From Candidatus Asgardarchaeum abyssi (GTDB taxonomy: Archaea; Asgardarchaeota; Asgardarchaeia; Asgardarchaeales; Asgardarchaeaceae), in assembly GCA_040225955.1 (NCBI GenBank), contig JBECUL010000010.1:1-53863 (forward strand): DNA of 53,863 bases. The letters are read 5' to 3'. Under the pieces are notes generated by a model, which was not told where the DNA came from, did not search any database, and worked only from the letters and a program-made list of their open reading frames with translations. Made by a program: the position numbers and the translations under genes. Positions 37,030 to 47,201 of the stretch are shown here, piece after piece (the stretch's first letter is position 1; the number at the start of each line of letters is the position of its first letter).

Positions 37030-40000
37030 ACTCCTCCCCAGTTAATAGAGAGTATAATCTTGCAAAACTTTGGATTGTCTGAATATAATCATCTTTGGTT
37101 ATAGCTCGTGTTGAGAACTTTGCTTTTTCATATGGTACTAAGAAGTCTTCAACATCTCCTACAGAAATGCCATATTTAGCTGCCACTCTGTAAAGGTACT
37201 CTCTAAATGTCTCATAACTCGCTTTTGTTTCTCCTTTAAATTGAGTGAGTATTGTTAATAGTATCCTATAAGCAATAAATATACCGTCTTTATATCGTTC
37301 AGTTTCAACTATTGATGCCAATTCTTTTAACATTCCATGAATTTCTGGTGGAACAGCTGATCTTCTTCCTAAGAGCACACCTAATATGTTTTTAGGTATG
37401 GGTATTAAGTGCGGGTATTTATATAATATTATAGCAACCGCTGCAAGTGCAATAATTGGAAGCAGATAATATAAAAGAGACGTATCCAACTGCATAGGAA
37501 TTACACCACCAGAAGGTTGGGGTTGTTCCTTTTCTTCAGCCAAAATATGTATATTCTTACTTTCACTACTTATTAATACATTTCTCCCAACTAATACAGC
37601 ATAAATTGTTATTGTTTGATTTTCAAAACCTTGAGGGACAGTATATGTTAAATTAAAACTACCGTCTTTAATTGTTAGATTTGCAATTAGGATGGGTGAC
37701 GATGAATTTGTTGTGTTAATAAAGACTTTGACCATTCTGTCATTAATCGGTCTATTATATTCGTCTAAAACTGTACCATTTATATAGAGAGTTTCGCCAA
37801 CACTTACATTATAGTATGGAGAAACATTCAATGTTATCGTTGCATTCTTAAAGATAAAAACAGTTACGTTTGAGCTAGAAGAGGACCAATAGTAAGTTTT
37901 TCCATTAAATGATAAAGAGATATTCATAGCTGGTTGAGTATAATCATTAGGAACATTAATAACTAATAAAATAGCTCCTGTTGTTGTAATTGCGCCGAAG
38001 CTAGGCATACCATTTATATATACTGTAAGATTTCCAGGAACCGGTTGATTACTATCATCTACTACAACTGCAGTTACATTAACTTGCTCTCCAGGCATCG
38101 TGAAGGACGGAGTTCTCTCTATTATTATCGTTTTTGTGAAAGACCAAACTTCTATGTAATCCGAATCTGAAAATGGTTCATATAAATTGCTGGTTACGGA
38201 GGCTGTAATTATATATAATCCAGTTAAGTCCGTTGTAGCATTAAGAGTTATTGAGTATGTTCCATCGGAATTTGATGTAATCCTTGCTGATGTACCACCC
38301 ATGATAGGATGTGCCGTGTTATTGAATAGCATTATCAACTCCACATCAGGGAATGGATTGCCCTTGTCATCATAAACTGTACCATTGATTGTAAATTGTT
38401 GGGTATGATTAAGAGTATGAGGGGTTACGGACACAGTGATTGTTACATTCATATAAATAATAACATTTATTGTTGTAGAAGTTGAATCTAATATGTAAGG
38501 ATACGACGAATCGAAAAAGGCATATAAACGTACTTGGTATGGTTCGTGATCTGGGCTTATATTGTATGTAAAGTTGAAAGCACCATTATGATCTGTGCTC
38601 TGAATACTAATTATATTATCAGTAGTATTAATCCAATGAATTTCTATATCTTCTGATTCCATCACAGTGTCATTTATTAAAACCAAACTGCCGTATATCA
38701 TTAGTGACTTACCGCGTTCTACCCTCGTTTTGTCAACATTCAATAAGAGAATAGGCCTTGTTTCTACGGTTACAGTTAAATTATTATCAGAGCCATACAA
38801 TGTAAGATTCCCCATAAAGACTACGTTAACTGTATGATTTCCTAATGATATGGTATACGGATCCATATAAATCGGGAACTTATACTGTCCATTATCATCG
38901 GTGAAGACATCAGCTACCTTATTTCCATCAAAGAAGATACTTACATTCTGACCACTAACACCTTTTCCATTTAAAGGATCAAAAAGTTTTCCTGAAATAA
39001 TTAAATTTGAGCCCCAAAGTGGCTTATCTGAAGAAACATCAATAGATATGGACGTATTTCCACTCAGGAAGACGACAGTATAATTGGATGCGAAATCAGA
39101 GGTTATTAATAAATTATGTTGCCCAACAACGAAATTATTATCGAAAGTAATATTAAACGTCACAAGGCCCGAAGAGTTTGTGGTTTCTTCAGAAAGTAAC
39201 ATATTCTCAGTCAAGTCATAAACACGGACAGAAATATTTTCTGCAGGCATCTTATTTTGGAGGACTTGAGCTGAAAAAGAAAACGTTTCATTCCTATTTA
39301 CAAAGAATGGGGGATAATCCACTATATTAAGTTCGTATGTTATACTTACAACATTTTCATCTTCTTCTGGCAAGAGTTCTTTTGGCAATGGTGTTGGATC
39401 AAACTGTACCCACATTCCACCATCTGGTGTAGGTACCCATACGTCAACCCAAACGTGAAAATTAAGTACATATACCTTTCTAACATCACCTTCAACAAAT
39501 CCCGGTGTGAAACCAAAAACCGGTCTGGCTGCTATACCATTCAATCTGAGAGTTATAGCAAAAGCTGTAGCAAAATGAGCAGATGTTCCACCACCTCTAT
39601 TTAAAAACCAAGCAACTACGTCCTCGTCAGGAGATGGACCACCACCATTTAGAAAAATGTCATAATCGAAATAGAAATGAGTCCTAAAATAGGCCATTAT
39701 TATCATTGCTCTATAGAATGTATCGCCGCTTAATCCAGAAAACTGAGATGCAAACACTTGAACACTAGGATCCAGATTTGATGGGACTTGCAAATATTTA
39801 TCTTTAATATATTGAGGTGTGTATTCAGGAGGTAAAGCAGAGTCTTTAATACTATCTAAATCAACACTATACGACGTTGTGACAAATTGAAATTCAGACG
39901 TACCACTCTCAGTAAAAATAGTGTCCATTATTAGGCAATCATAATCATCTTCGTAAAATGTAACTAAAAAAGCATCAGGAGAATTATATGAGAGAATTAG

Positions 40001-40522
40001 AGGTTTCGGCCATAAAGTTGGAATATAACGCGAGTCTGTCGATGTATGAGTTAAATTAAGAACTATAGTATATTCGGTTTCACCAGTTGGACTATCTAAA
40101 CTTTGTTTTTCCACTTTATCAAGCATCGTCTTATTCCACGAATGCCCATCAAAATAATCATATGTCTCTAAGCGCCAATATCGTGGGGGTGATGTAGGCG
40201 TTACAGCGAAAACCAATTCATTTGGGTTTACAAGGCCACTACCAAACAATGGCAAAAAGTCCGTAGTTGGAGGATATGACAAATTAAATGTTGGCTGCTG
40301 GCCTGTAGACATGTTAAAATAGTCATCCCAATTAAATGTTTCATTAAATGTGGGAGCATCCTCAGGAGGAACATGAGAAACCGCTTTAGCAATAAAATCT
40401 TCTGAGTTCATAATTAATGGTTGAAGAATCATTGGATTAAAGAGAATTGATAATAGCAAAATCACTACAAGTAACTGCTTTGACTTGGTAGTGGAAGAAA
40501 TACTTTGCATTTGTATCGCCAT
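37016..40522 (-). CDS. large surface protein: transglutaminase-like (TgpA-type) domain, Ig-like repeats, TM, DUF4129-like tail
   Basis: RYWRLETYDYFDG, GTSAHFATAF...R..GI.AR.V.GF, HVWVDV, WVQFDPTP, Ig repeats (TDDNGQY), ETFREY...YEKAKFS. Confidence 0.88.
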   Translation of the reverse strand: MAIQMQSISSTTKSKQLLVVILLLSILFNPMILQPLIMNSEDFIAKAVSHVPPEDAPTFNETFNWDDYFNMSTGQQPTFNLSYPPTTDFLPLFGSGLVNPNELVFAVTPTSPPRYWRLETYDYFDGHSWNKTMLDKVEKQSLDSPTGETEYTIVLNLTHTSTDSRYIPTLWPKPLILSYNSPDAFLVTFYEDDYDCLIMDTIFTESGTSEFQFVTTSYSVDLDSIKDSALPPEYTPQYIKDKYLQVPSNLDPSVQVFASQFSGLSGDTFYRAMIIMAYFRTHFYFDYDIFLNGGGPSPDEDVVAWFLNRGGGTSAHFATAFAITLRLNGIAARPVFGFTPGFVEGDVRKVYVLNFHVWVDVWVPTPDGGMWVQFDPTPLPKELLPEEDENVVSITYELNIVDYPPFFVNRNETFSFSAQVLQNKMPAENISVRVYDLTENMLLSEETTNSSGLVTFNITFDNNFVVGQHNLLITSDFASNYTVVFLSGNTSISIDVSSDKPLWGSNLIISGKLFDPLNGKGVSGQNVSIFFDGNKVADVFTDDNGQYKFPIYMDPYTISLGNHTVNVVFMGNLTLYGSDNNLTVTVETRPILLLNVDKTRVERGKSLMIYGSLVLINDTVMESEDIEIHWINTTDNIISIQSTDHNGAFNFTYNISPDHEPYQVRLYAFFDSSYPYILDSTSTTINVIIYMNVTITVSVTPHTLNHTQQFTINGTVYDDKGNPFPDVELIMLFNNTAHPIMGGTSARITSNSDGTYSITLNATTDLTGLYIITASVTSNLYEPFSDSDYIEVWSFTKTIIIERTPSFTMPGEQVNVTAVVVDDSNQPVPGNLTVYINGMPSFGAITTTGAILLVINVPNDYTQPAMNISLSFNGKTYYWSSSSSNVTVFIFKNATITLNVSPYYNVSVGETLYINGTVLDEYNRPINDRMVKVFINTTNSSSPILIANLTIKDGSFNLTYTVPQGFENQTITIYAVLVGRNVLISSESKNIHILAEEKEQPQPSGGVIPMQLDTSLLYYLLPIIALAAVAIILYKYPHLIPIPKNILGVLLGRRSAVPPEIHGMLKELASIVETERYKDGIFIAYRILLTILTQFKGETKASYETFREYLYRVAAKYGISVGDVEDFLVPYEKAKFSTRAITKDDYIQTIQSFARLYSLLTGEEFVFA

Positions 40523-40676
40523 AAGATATAGTAGGAAAGTTAAGATTATAATATTTTCTGTTAGCCTACTATATATCTATAAGAGTAAATAATGTGAAAA
40601 GTAAATAAACTAATCAAGCCACAATAAAGAAAATAAAATAGTAATGGGAGAGGTACAAACCACTATCAAATATAAT

Positions 40677-42017
40677 TTATGAGATTACTTCTTTTAATGA
40701 TTCCTCAAATAATTCAAATCCCATATCAATCTGTTCCTTGGTTATTATCAGTGGCGGAGCTATTCGTATGCTTGTTTCACCAGCTCCAAGCAACAATAGA
40801 CCCTTCTTAAATGCTCTCTGTATTAGTTCATTTCTTGTCTTCTTTATAGGTTCCTTAGTTCGTCTATCTTTAACAAGCTCAATGCCTATCATTAATCCAA
40901 GTCCACGAACATCTCCGATTATTTCATACTTTTCTGCCAATTCATTAAACCTCTTTTTCATGTATTCTCCTAATTCTGCAGCTCGCTCATCAAGTTTATT
41001 TTTTATTATATAATTAAGGACAGCTTTAGCAGCTTCCATTACAACGGGGTTGCCATTCAACGTCCCTTCATGGGCTCCTGGCCCCCAATCCATGACCTCA
41101 GCCTTAGTTATGACAGCACCAGCAGGTAAACCATGTGCAATAGCTTTGGAAACAGCTAAGACATCAGGCTCAACATTCCAGTGCATGCATGCAAACATTT
41201 TACCCGTTCTAGCAAATCCTGTTTGCACTTCGTCCACTATAAAAACTATTCCATTATCATTAGCTAGTTTTTGTAGCTTAGGAAGAAATTCCTTTGGAGG
41301 GACTATATATCCACCGGCGCCTTGTATAGGCTCTATTAGAATAAATGCTGTTTCATCTGGGGGAGCTAATTTCTTGAAAATTATATTTTCAATATAGTCG
41401 AAGCAATATAAACCACAATCAGGATACTCTTGCTTGAAGGGACATCTGTAACAATATGGGTAATGAGCATAAACGGCTACTGGATATAATGGAAAGTAAC
41501 CACGTCTGGCAGCAAGATCAGTAGTTGTGAATGTTACCGCTCCAAGGGTTCTTCCATGAAAACCATTAATAAATCCTAATCCATAGTATCGCCTTGTATG
41601 CCATTTTGCAACTTTGATTGCAGTATCGATGGATTCACTACCACTATTTGTATAGAAAATTCGTTTTTTAAAGTTCCCCGGGGTTACCTTAAAAAGCATT
41701 TCAGCGTACTCTACTTGAGGAACTGTATAGTAGTCAAGACTATTAGCATGAATAAGTTTTTCCACTTGGGCCTTAATTGCTTGAACAACCACTGGATTTG
41801 TATGACCTACGCTGACAACTGCAATTCCTGAGCCCCAGTCTAGGTATACATTTCCGTCAACATCTTCAACAAATACACCAGATGCTTTATATGCAACTAA
41901 TGGAGCCGTTCTTGTTAAAGAAGGAGAAAGCATTTCATGATCTTTTTCAATAATTGCTCTAGCTTTCGGACCGGGAGGTTCAACAATAATTTTTGGTTTT
42001 GTATATTCAGATCTCAT
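40677..42017 (-). CDS. class III PLP-dependent aminotransferase (acetylornithine/4-aminobutyrate family)
   Basis: DVDGNVYLD, NSGSES, FHGRT, EPIQGAGG, DEVQTGFARTG, SKAIA, IRIAPPL. Confidence 0.92.
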   Translation of the reverse strand: MRSEYTKPKIIVEPPGPKARAIIEKDHEMLSPSLTRTAPLVAYKASGVFVEDVDGNVYLDWGSGIAVVSVGHTNPVVVQAIKAQVEKLIHANSLDYYTVPQVEYAEMLFKVTPGNFKKRIFYTNSGSESIDTAIKVAKWHTRRYYGLGFINGFHGRTLGAVTFTTTDLAARRGYFPLYPVAVYAHYPYCYRCPFKQEYPDCGLYCFDYIENIIFKKLAPPDETAFILIEPIQGAGGYIVPPKEFLPKLQKLANDNGIVFIVDEVQTGFARTGKMFACMHWNVEPDVLAVSKAIAHGLPAGAVITKAEVMDWGPGAHEGTLNGNPVVMEAAKAVLNYIIKNKLDERAAELGEYMKKRFNELAEKYEIIGDVRGLGLMIGIELVKDRRTKEPIKKTRNELIQRAFKKGLLLLGAGETSIRIAPPLIITKEQIDMGFELFEESLKEVIS

Positions 42018-42283
42018 AACCAACACCGAGTTTTTTGTTATAGGCTAATACTCAGAGCGTATCATTTTTTTCATAAATCTTTCTAAAAACATTTTTTAAA
42101 AAGAAAGCAAATTTATGTGTTCTCTGTTCAAAAAATAAATATTTTGTTACAATTGTATATAAAAAACCAATCATTATTGGGGTAAATGTTAGAAAAGTAT
42201 GTTTGAATTTTAAAAAATCATATGAAAAATTTATAACACTGTCTTTAGTGTGTCTTCTTAAAAGAGTTTTGAGGTGTATAGGA

Positions 42284-44260
42284 ATGACATCATATATTAT
42301 TGAAGATTCCCCTGGAAAGCGATACCTATTGATGGGTAATGAAGCTATTGCAAGAGGAGCTATAGAGGGTGGAGTGCAAGTAGCAGCAGCTTATCCAGGA
42401 ACCCCAAGTTCTGAGATTTTAGAAACACTAACCGCAGTAGCTAAGGATTTAGGAATACATGCTGAGTGGAGTATAAATGAAAAAGTCGCTTTTAATGTAG
42501 CTGCAGGTGCAGCAATTGTGGGGGCTAGGGCGTTATTTGCATGCAAAAATGCTGGTTTAAATTGGGCAATGGATGATTTTGTTACATTAGCGTATACTGG
42601 TATTCGTGGTGGTTTTGTAGTTGTTGTAGCTGACGATCCTAATGCACACTATAGTAGCACTGAACAGGACACAAGAATGCTAGCAATGCACGCAGGAGTA
42701 CCAATATTGGAACCCATGGATGCTCATGAGGCAAAAGAGATGACTAAAGAGGCATTTGATATTTCTGAAAAATTACAGCTACCTGTGTTCTTAAGATCGG
42801 TTACTAGAATAGGTCATGCTAGCGGCGATGTTACGTATGGCGAAATTAGGAGAGTTAAAAATAAAATAGCTTTCGATAAACATTGGGGCCTACCATTCCG
42901 TTGGGACGTTTATGGTCCACCTGGACCAGTAGGTAAAAGAGAATGGCAATTTGAACAACTTAAAAAAGCAGAGGAATTAGTCGAGGAATTGCGGTTTAAT
43001 CAACTTAAAATTAATGGAGATAATCTTCCAGGTATAATATCATCAGGAATCGCTAATTCATATGTTATGGATGCTTTGAAAAAACTTAACCTGTCAGATA
43101 AAATGAATTTTTTGAAGATAGGTACTCCATTCCCATTACCAAAGAAAAAACTTAAAGCTCTACTTGAAAAATCTTCCAAGGTCATGGTTGTCGAAGAAGG
43201 AGATCCTGTTGTTGAGATGCAAGCCAGAGCGTATGCTCAAGAGCTTAAGTTAACAATCGAAATTGTTGGGAAAATGTACGACGATAATGTCTTACCTAAG
43301 TGTGGCGAATTATCCCCTGATATGGTAAATGAAGCAATAGCTAATTTTGCAGGCATTAAAATTTCTAAGGATAATAAAAGAAGTGAAATTAAGAAAGAGG
43401 TTTCAAAATTAATAGCACCTAGAAGTAGTATGTGGTGTGCTGGCTGCCCGCACCTTGGAACATTTTGGGCTTTAAGAAGAGCTCTTATAAAGAAAAAAGC
43501 TAAGGTACCAATAATTAATGTTGGAATAGGATGCTATGAAATGTCAGGATATGGTGTTTATGGAAGAGAAATAAAGGCAGAGTACACAGAAGAGTCAAAA
43601 GGATATCCTATAGCAACGATTTATCCATATGAAATGTCAGATGTAGAATATGTTATGGGCACTGAGTGGGGTATGGTACAGGGTGAATATCAAGCTGGAT
43701 ATAAAGATGGCCCAATAATAGGAATTACAGGAGATTCGTCATTCTTCCATGCAAATATTCCAAACCTTGCAAACGCTGTGTATAATAATGTAAAAGCTAT
43801 ATTTTTGGTTCTAGATAATCACTGGACTGCAATGACTGGGCATCAGCCAAATCCGTCAACGGATAAACTACTAGGCGCTGCTCCTGCAAATGTTCTAAGC
43901 ATGGAGGATGTTATTAAAGCTATTGGTGTAAAATTCGTAAGGGTTGTGGATCCTTATAATTTGGAGGAATGTGAAAAAGCTCTTCTTGAAGCACTAGATT
44001 ATGATGGACTATCAGTAATTATATTCAGAAGAGAGTGCGCTCTTCAGGCGTTGAGACACAAGAGGTTAATACCTACCAAATACGTCGTGTCCGAGGACAA
44101 ATGCATTGGCTGTAGGCAGTGCGTAATGCTCGGATGTCCAGCTATTGGCTTCAATTTCGATAAGAAAAAAGCCTTTATTGATCCATTACTTTGCGTAGGA
44201 TGTAATATATGTGCTCAAGTTTGTCCAAGTAATGCTATACATAAGGCAGGTGATGAGTAA
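42284..44260 (+). CDS. iorA: indolepyruvate:ferredoxin oxidoreductase alpha subunit
   Basis: MGNEAIARGA, YPGTPSSE, NEKVA, CAGCPH, GDSSFFH TPP motif, TAMTGHQ, C-terminal 2x[4Fe-4S] ferredoxin. Confidence 0.92.
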   Translation: MTSYIIEDSPGKRYLLMGNEAIARGAIEGGVQVAAAYPGTPSSEILETLTAVAKDLGIHAEWSINEKVAFNVAAGAAIVGARALFACKNAGLNWAMDDFVTLAYTGIRGGFVVVVADDPNAHYSSTEQDTRMLAMHAGVPILEPMDAHEAKEMTKEAFDISEKLQLPVFLRSVTRIGHASGDVTYGEIRRVKNKIAFDKHWGLPFRWDVYGPPGPVGKREWQFEQLKKAEELVEELRFNQLKINGDNLPGIISSGIANSYVMDALKKLNLSDKMNFLKIGTPFPLPKKKLKALLEKSSKVMVVEEGDPVVEMQARAYAQELKLTIEIVGKMYDDNVLPKCGELSPDMVNEAIANFAGIKISKDNKRSEIKKEVSKLIAPRSSMWCAGCPHLGTFWALRRALIKKKAKVPIINVGIGCYEMSGYGVYGREIKAEYTEESKGYPIATIYPYEMSDVEYVMGTEWGMVQGEYQAGYKDGPIIGITGDSSFFHANIPNLANAVYNNVKAIFLVLDNHWTAMTGHQPNPSTDKLLGAAPANVLSMEDVIKAIGVKFVRVVDPYNLEECEKALLEALDYDGLSVIIFRRECALQALRHKRLIPTKYVVSEDKCIGCRQCVMLGCPAIGFNFDKKKAFIDPLLCVGCNICAQVCPSNAIHKAGDE

Positions 44261-44874
44261 TGGTTAAAGATGAATTAAATATTATAGTTTGTGGAGTTGG
44301 AGGACAAGGTAGTGTTAGGCTCAGTCATATAATTGCAGCAGCTGCTGTAAAAGCAGGACTAAATGCTAGAGTTGGAGAGAAGTTCGGAGCTGCTCAGAGA
44401 GGTGGTGCAGTCGCAAGTCATATTAGGATAGGAAAAGATGTTCATGGACCAATGGTTGAAGAAGATGGAGCTGACTTAATTATAGGTCTAGAGCCTCTAG
44501 AGACATTAAGAGTTGCAACTAAATACATTTCACCAGATGGGGTTATCGTTATGGAGGAAAGAAATATACCATCAGCGGATATAAACTTTGGTTTTGCAAA
44601 GTACCCATCGATGGAGGAAATTATTAACGGATTGAAGAAATTGGCTAAAGACGTATATGTACTAAATGGAACAAAATTAGCCTTGAATGCCGGCAATATA
44701 AGGACATTAAATATTGTAATGCTAGGCGCTGCAGCAGCTCTTGGGATATTTCCATTTGACAATGAGATATTAAAAGAGACCGTAAGAGAGATGGTCCCTC
44801 CAAAAACTATAGATGCTAATATGAAGGCTTTTGAACTTGGTTACCAACATATGAAAAAACTCTTAACTAAATAA
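44260..44874 (+). CDS. iorB: indolepyruvate:ferredoxin oxidoreductase beta subunit
   Basis: GVGGQG, GAAQRGGAV.SHIR, NIVMLGA, N.KAFELG. Overlaps the iorA stop. Confidence 0.92.
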   Translation: MVKDELNIIVCGVGGQGSVRLSHIIAAAAVKAGLNARVGEKFGAAQRGGAVASHIRIGKDVHGPMVEEDGADLIIGLEPLETLRVATKYISPDGVIVMEERNIPSADINFGFAKYPSMEEIINGLKKLAKDVYVLNGTKLALNAGNIRTLNIVMLGAAAALGIFPFDNEILKETVREMVPPKTIDANMKAFELGYQHMKKLLTK

Positions 44875-44892
44875 CAGTAAACAACTTTTTTC

Positions 44893-45573
44893 CTATTTTC
44901 TCTTTACAATGCGATAAGTTTGGGGTTTGGGTTCGTATATATATCCGTTATTTGATAATATCTCTATTGCTCTCTTTAGATCCATCTCTGAGCATCCAAT
45001 TTCCAATATTCTCTTTAGTAAAGTGTCGTATGTTATTTCATTATCTTCGGCTTCTATAAATAGAGCCTCTATGTACTTGAGCAATTTTTGCATACTGCAA
45101 GAAGACACTCTTTTATCATAAATACTATTAACAATTCTTATTTTATCTGGTTCAGGGAATATTATATACCCTTCTTCATTTAAATTCTCCAATATCAAAG
45201 AGGCTTCGTCCCAAGGAATGCCTTCAGATTCCACTATTTCTACAAATTTATTTAGATCGATATCACCGAGTTCATTTGACTGTTTCTTTAGAAGGGTAAC
45301 TATTTCTTTTCTGAGTTTATGTAGATACGTTAAACGTTTTTTGCCTTCAATGATTACTTGTTTCTTCTTTTTTGCTCTACTAAGTATTTCTTTCTTATTG
45401 AGGTACTGAATTATTGCTTTTGCGTCATGTATTCTCGCTACTTCTTTAATTCTTCGATCTAGTGTTAATTTAAATACCTTTCCGCAATAAGGACACTGAC
45501 GAGCTTTAGTTCCTACGCGTGAATATGTGAAGTGCCCACAGCGAGGACAACGGACTATTACATATCCAGTCAT
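44893..45573 (-). CDS. DUF1922-like zinc ribbon + two winged-helix domains
   Basis: CPRCG...CPYCG, then two repeats ending L..EGYI.(F/E)P.P..(I/Y)RIV. Confidence 0.7.
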   Translation of the reverse strand: MTGYVIVRCPRCGHFTYSRVGTKARQCPYCGKVFKLTLDRRIKEVARIHDAKAIIQYLNKKEILSRAKKKKQVIIEGKKRLTYLHKLRKEIVTLLKKQSNELGDIDLNKFVEIVESEGIPWDEASLILENLNEEGYIIFPEPDKIRIVNSIYDKRVSSCSMQKLLKYIEALFIEAEDNEITYDTLLKRILEIGCSEMDLKRAIEILSNNGYIYEPKPQTYRIVKRK

Positions 45574-45718
45574 TTCAATCCCGTATTTTAACTTGCTTTT
45601 CTTTTTAGGATTAGTAAGTAACAGAATTAATAAATATCTCTATTAATAATAATCGCTAAAACAGTCGAAAAATAATAATGCTTAATTATTATGTATTAAC
45701 GAATATATAATAAAGCTG

Positions 45719-46300
45719 GTGATAAGTTTGAATGGTGAGGCTACTAAAGATTTAGCAGAACTAAGAGCTTTTGTTCAGAGGCAAATAGAGGAAACAGAGA
45801 AGAAAATTCGAGACTTAGAATACGAATTAGAACAGTTAAAACGTGTTTTAGAAACAATTGATAGATTACTAATGAGAGAGAGTTTTAAACCAGCCACAGA
45901 GTTATTACCAGAAACTGAGAAAAAAGAGGCTGAGACTGAACAATTAGAAAAAATAGAGGCACTCTATTCAAAAGATGGAAAGCTTCTTGCTAGAGTTTCA
46001 ATTAAAAATCAAACTATCATTATAACTCCAGCAGAGGGATTAACATTCGACATGCGTGCATCACCTTTCACAAAGTTTTTCTTAAATAAAGTCTTATTGT
46101 CATTGCAACGTGAGGATATAGATGCAGTTAAAGATGGAAGATTGTCAGAGGATAAAGTATTAGACTACGAAATCACCGCAAAGGAACGTATAATTGAAAG
46201 AATTGTTATTAAGAATTATAGAACAGATAGAAGGCTTAAAAGAATTTTAAATGCACTAAGATGGACACTAGAGGAGTTAGTGAGAACTAGTGAGTCTTAG
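45719..46300 (+). CDS. conserved hypothetical protein (N-terminal coiled coil)
   Basis: Heptad N-terminus, PF.KFF..KVL, IKNY...RL..I.NALRWT. Archaeal conserved pattern. Confidence 0.65.
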   Translation: MISLNGEATKDLAELRAFVQRQIEETEKKIRDLEYELEQLKRVLETIDRLLMRESFKPATELLPETEKKEAETEQLEKIEALYSKDGKLLARVSIKNQTIIITPAEGLTFDMRASPFTKFFLNKVLLSLQREDIDAVKDGRLSEDKVLDYEITAKERIIERIVIKNYRTDRRLKRILNALRWTLEELVRTSES

Positions 46301-46323
46301 CATGATAATATAGTGAGGAAAAG

Positions 46324-46890
46324 ATGTCAATTATAAACACTGAAAAAGGTTTTTTGAATATCCCTTCTATATTAAAGAAGGCGTATATAAAAGGTATTAG
46401 ATTAGGGTTAGACGATAGAACATTAATAAGATCGCTTATAATTTTGCATCGCTATTTAAATAAGGTTAGTTGGGTTAAAGATACAGAAGCCCTAATGTGT
46501 GCTGCTTTTTACATTGCAGACAGGTTTGCAATTAACTATCCAAGTTCATTTAAGGTAGAGGATTTTGGTAAATTATTTGACATCAAGCCATCATCCGTGA
46601 AATGGTATGTAGAGAAGATTATTAAGAGATTAAATATCATTACCATACGAGACTTTAAAGGACACTCATATTACTTAGATCCAGAAAGCTTCGAATTCAA
46701 ACTAATTGAAAGTCTTTCTAAAAAAATATTAGAGGAAAATAAAATAAAAGAACTAGTTGGTATAATGAGTATAGACATTGACATGTTAGCGGACCATATT
46801 GCGGATTATGTAACGTCAACTAGGATCATATCAAGTGTTTTTAAATATTCACTAAGAGGCATAATCTATAAGATTCTTTGCGGGAAATGA
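46324..46890 (+). CDS. cyclin/TFB-fold-like protein
   Basis: LGL.....A..I...Y...ALMCAAFYIA.R....VEDFGKLFDI..SSV....KI.KRL resembles a TFIIB cyclin repeat. No zinc ribbon. Confidence 0.55.
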   Translation: MSIINTEKGFLNIPSILKKAYIKGIRLGLDDRTLIRSLIILHRYLNKVSWVKDTEALMCAAFYIADRFAINYPSSFKVEDFGKLFDIKPSSVKWYVEKIIKRLNIITIRDFKGHSYYLDPESFEFKLIESLSKKILEENKIKELVGIMSIDIDMLADHIADYVTSTRIISSVFKYSLRGIIYKILCGK

Positions 46891-46892
46891 TT

Positions 46893-47201
46893 TTATTCTT
46901 CCTCAGCTTTAATTGTGACCTCTTCAACCATGACACTACCAGCAACTACTTGATCTATACTATGAATAACAGTTCCATATTTTTTTAGAGTGTCCCTAAT
47001 AAGTTCATAATTCAGATTAGTTCCTTCAATCGTGATTTTTATACTTTCCGTTTTTGCATCTATTTCAATAAGTGAAATATTAACACCAGAGACTCCTGGT
47101 AATTCACTAATTTTTAAAGCTAAGTCAGGTAAAAGTGGCTTATGAGGTTTTAAACAATCCAAAACAAGACGGATTATACCTCGCTCAACTTTCTCTGTCA
47201 T
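46893..47201 (-). CDS. DUF211 family protein
   Basis: RLVLD.LKPH.P, GV.GVNI, EID..TE, IHSIDQV. Confidence 0.9.
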   Translation of the reverse strand: MTEKVERGIIRLVLDCLKPHKPLLPDLALKISELPGVSGVNISLIEIDAKTESIKITIEGTNLNYELIRDTLKKYGTVIHSIDQVVAGSVMVEEVTIKAEEE

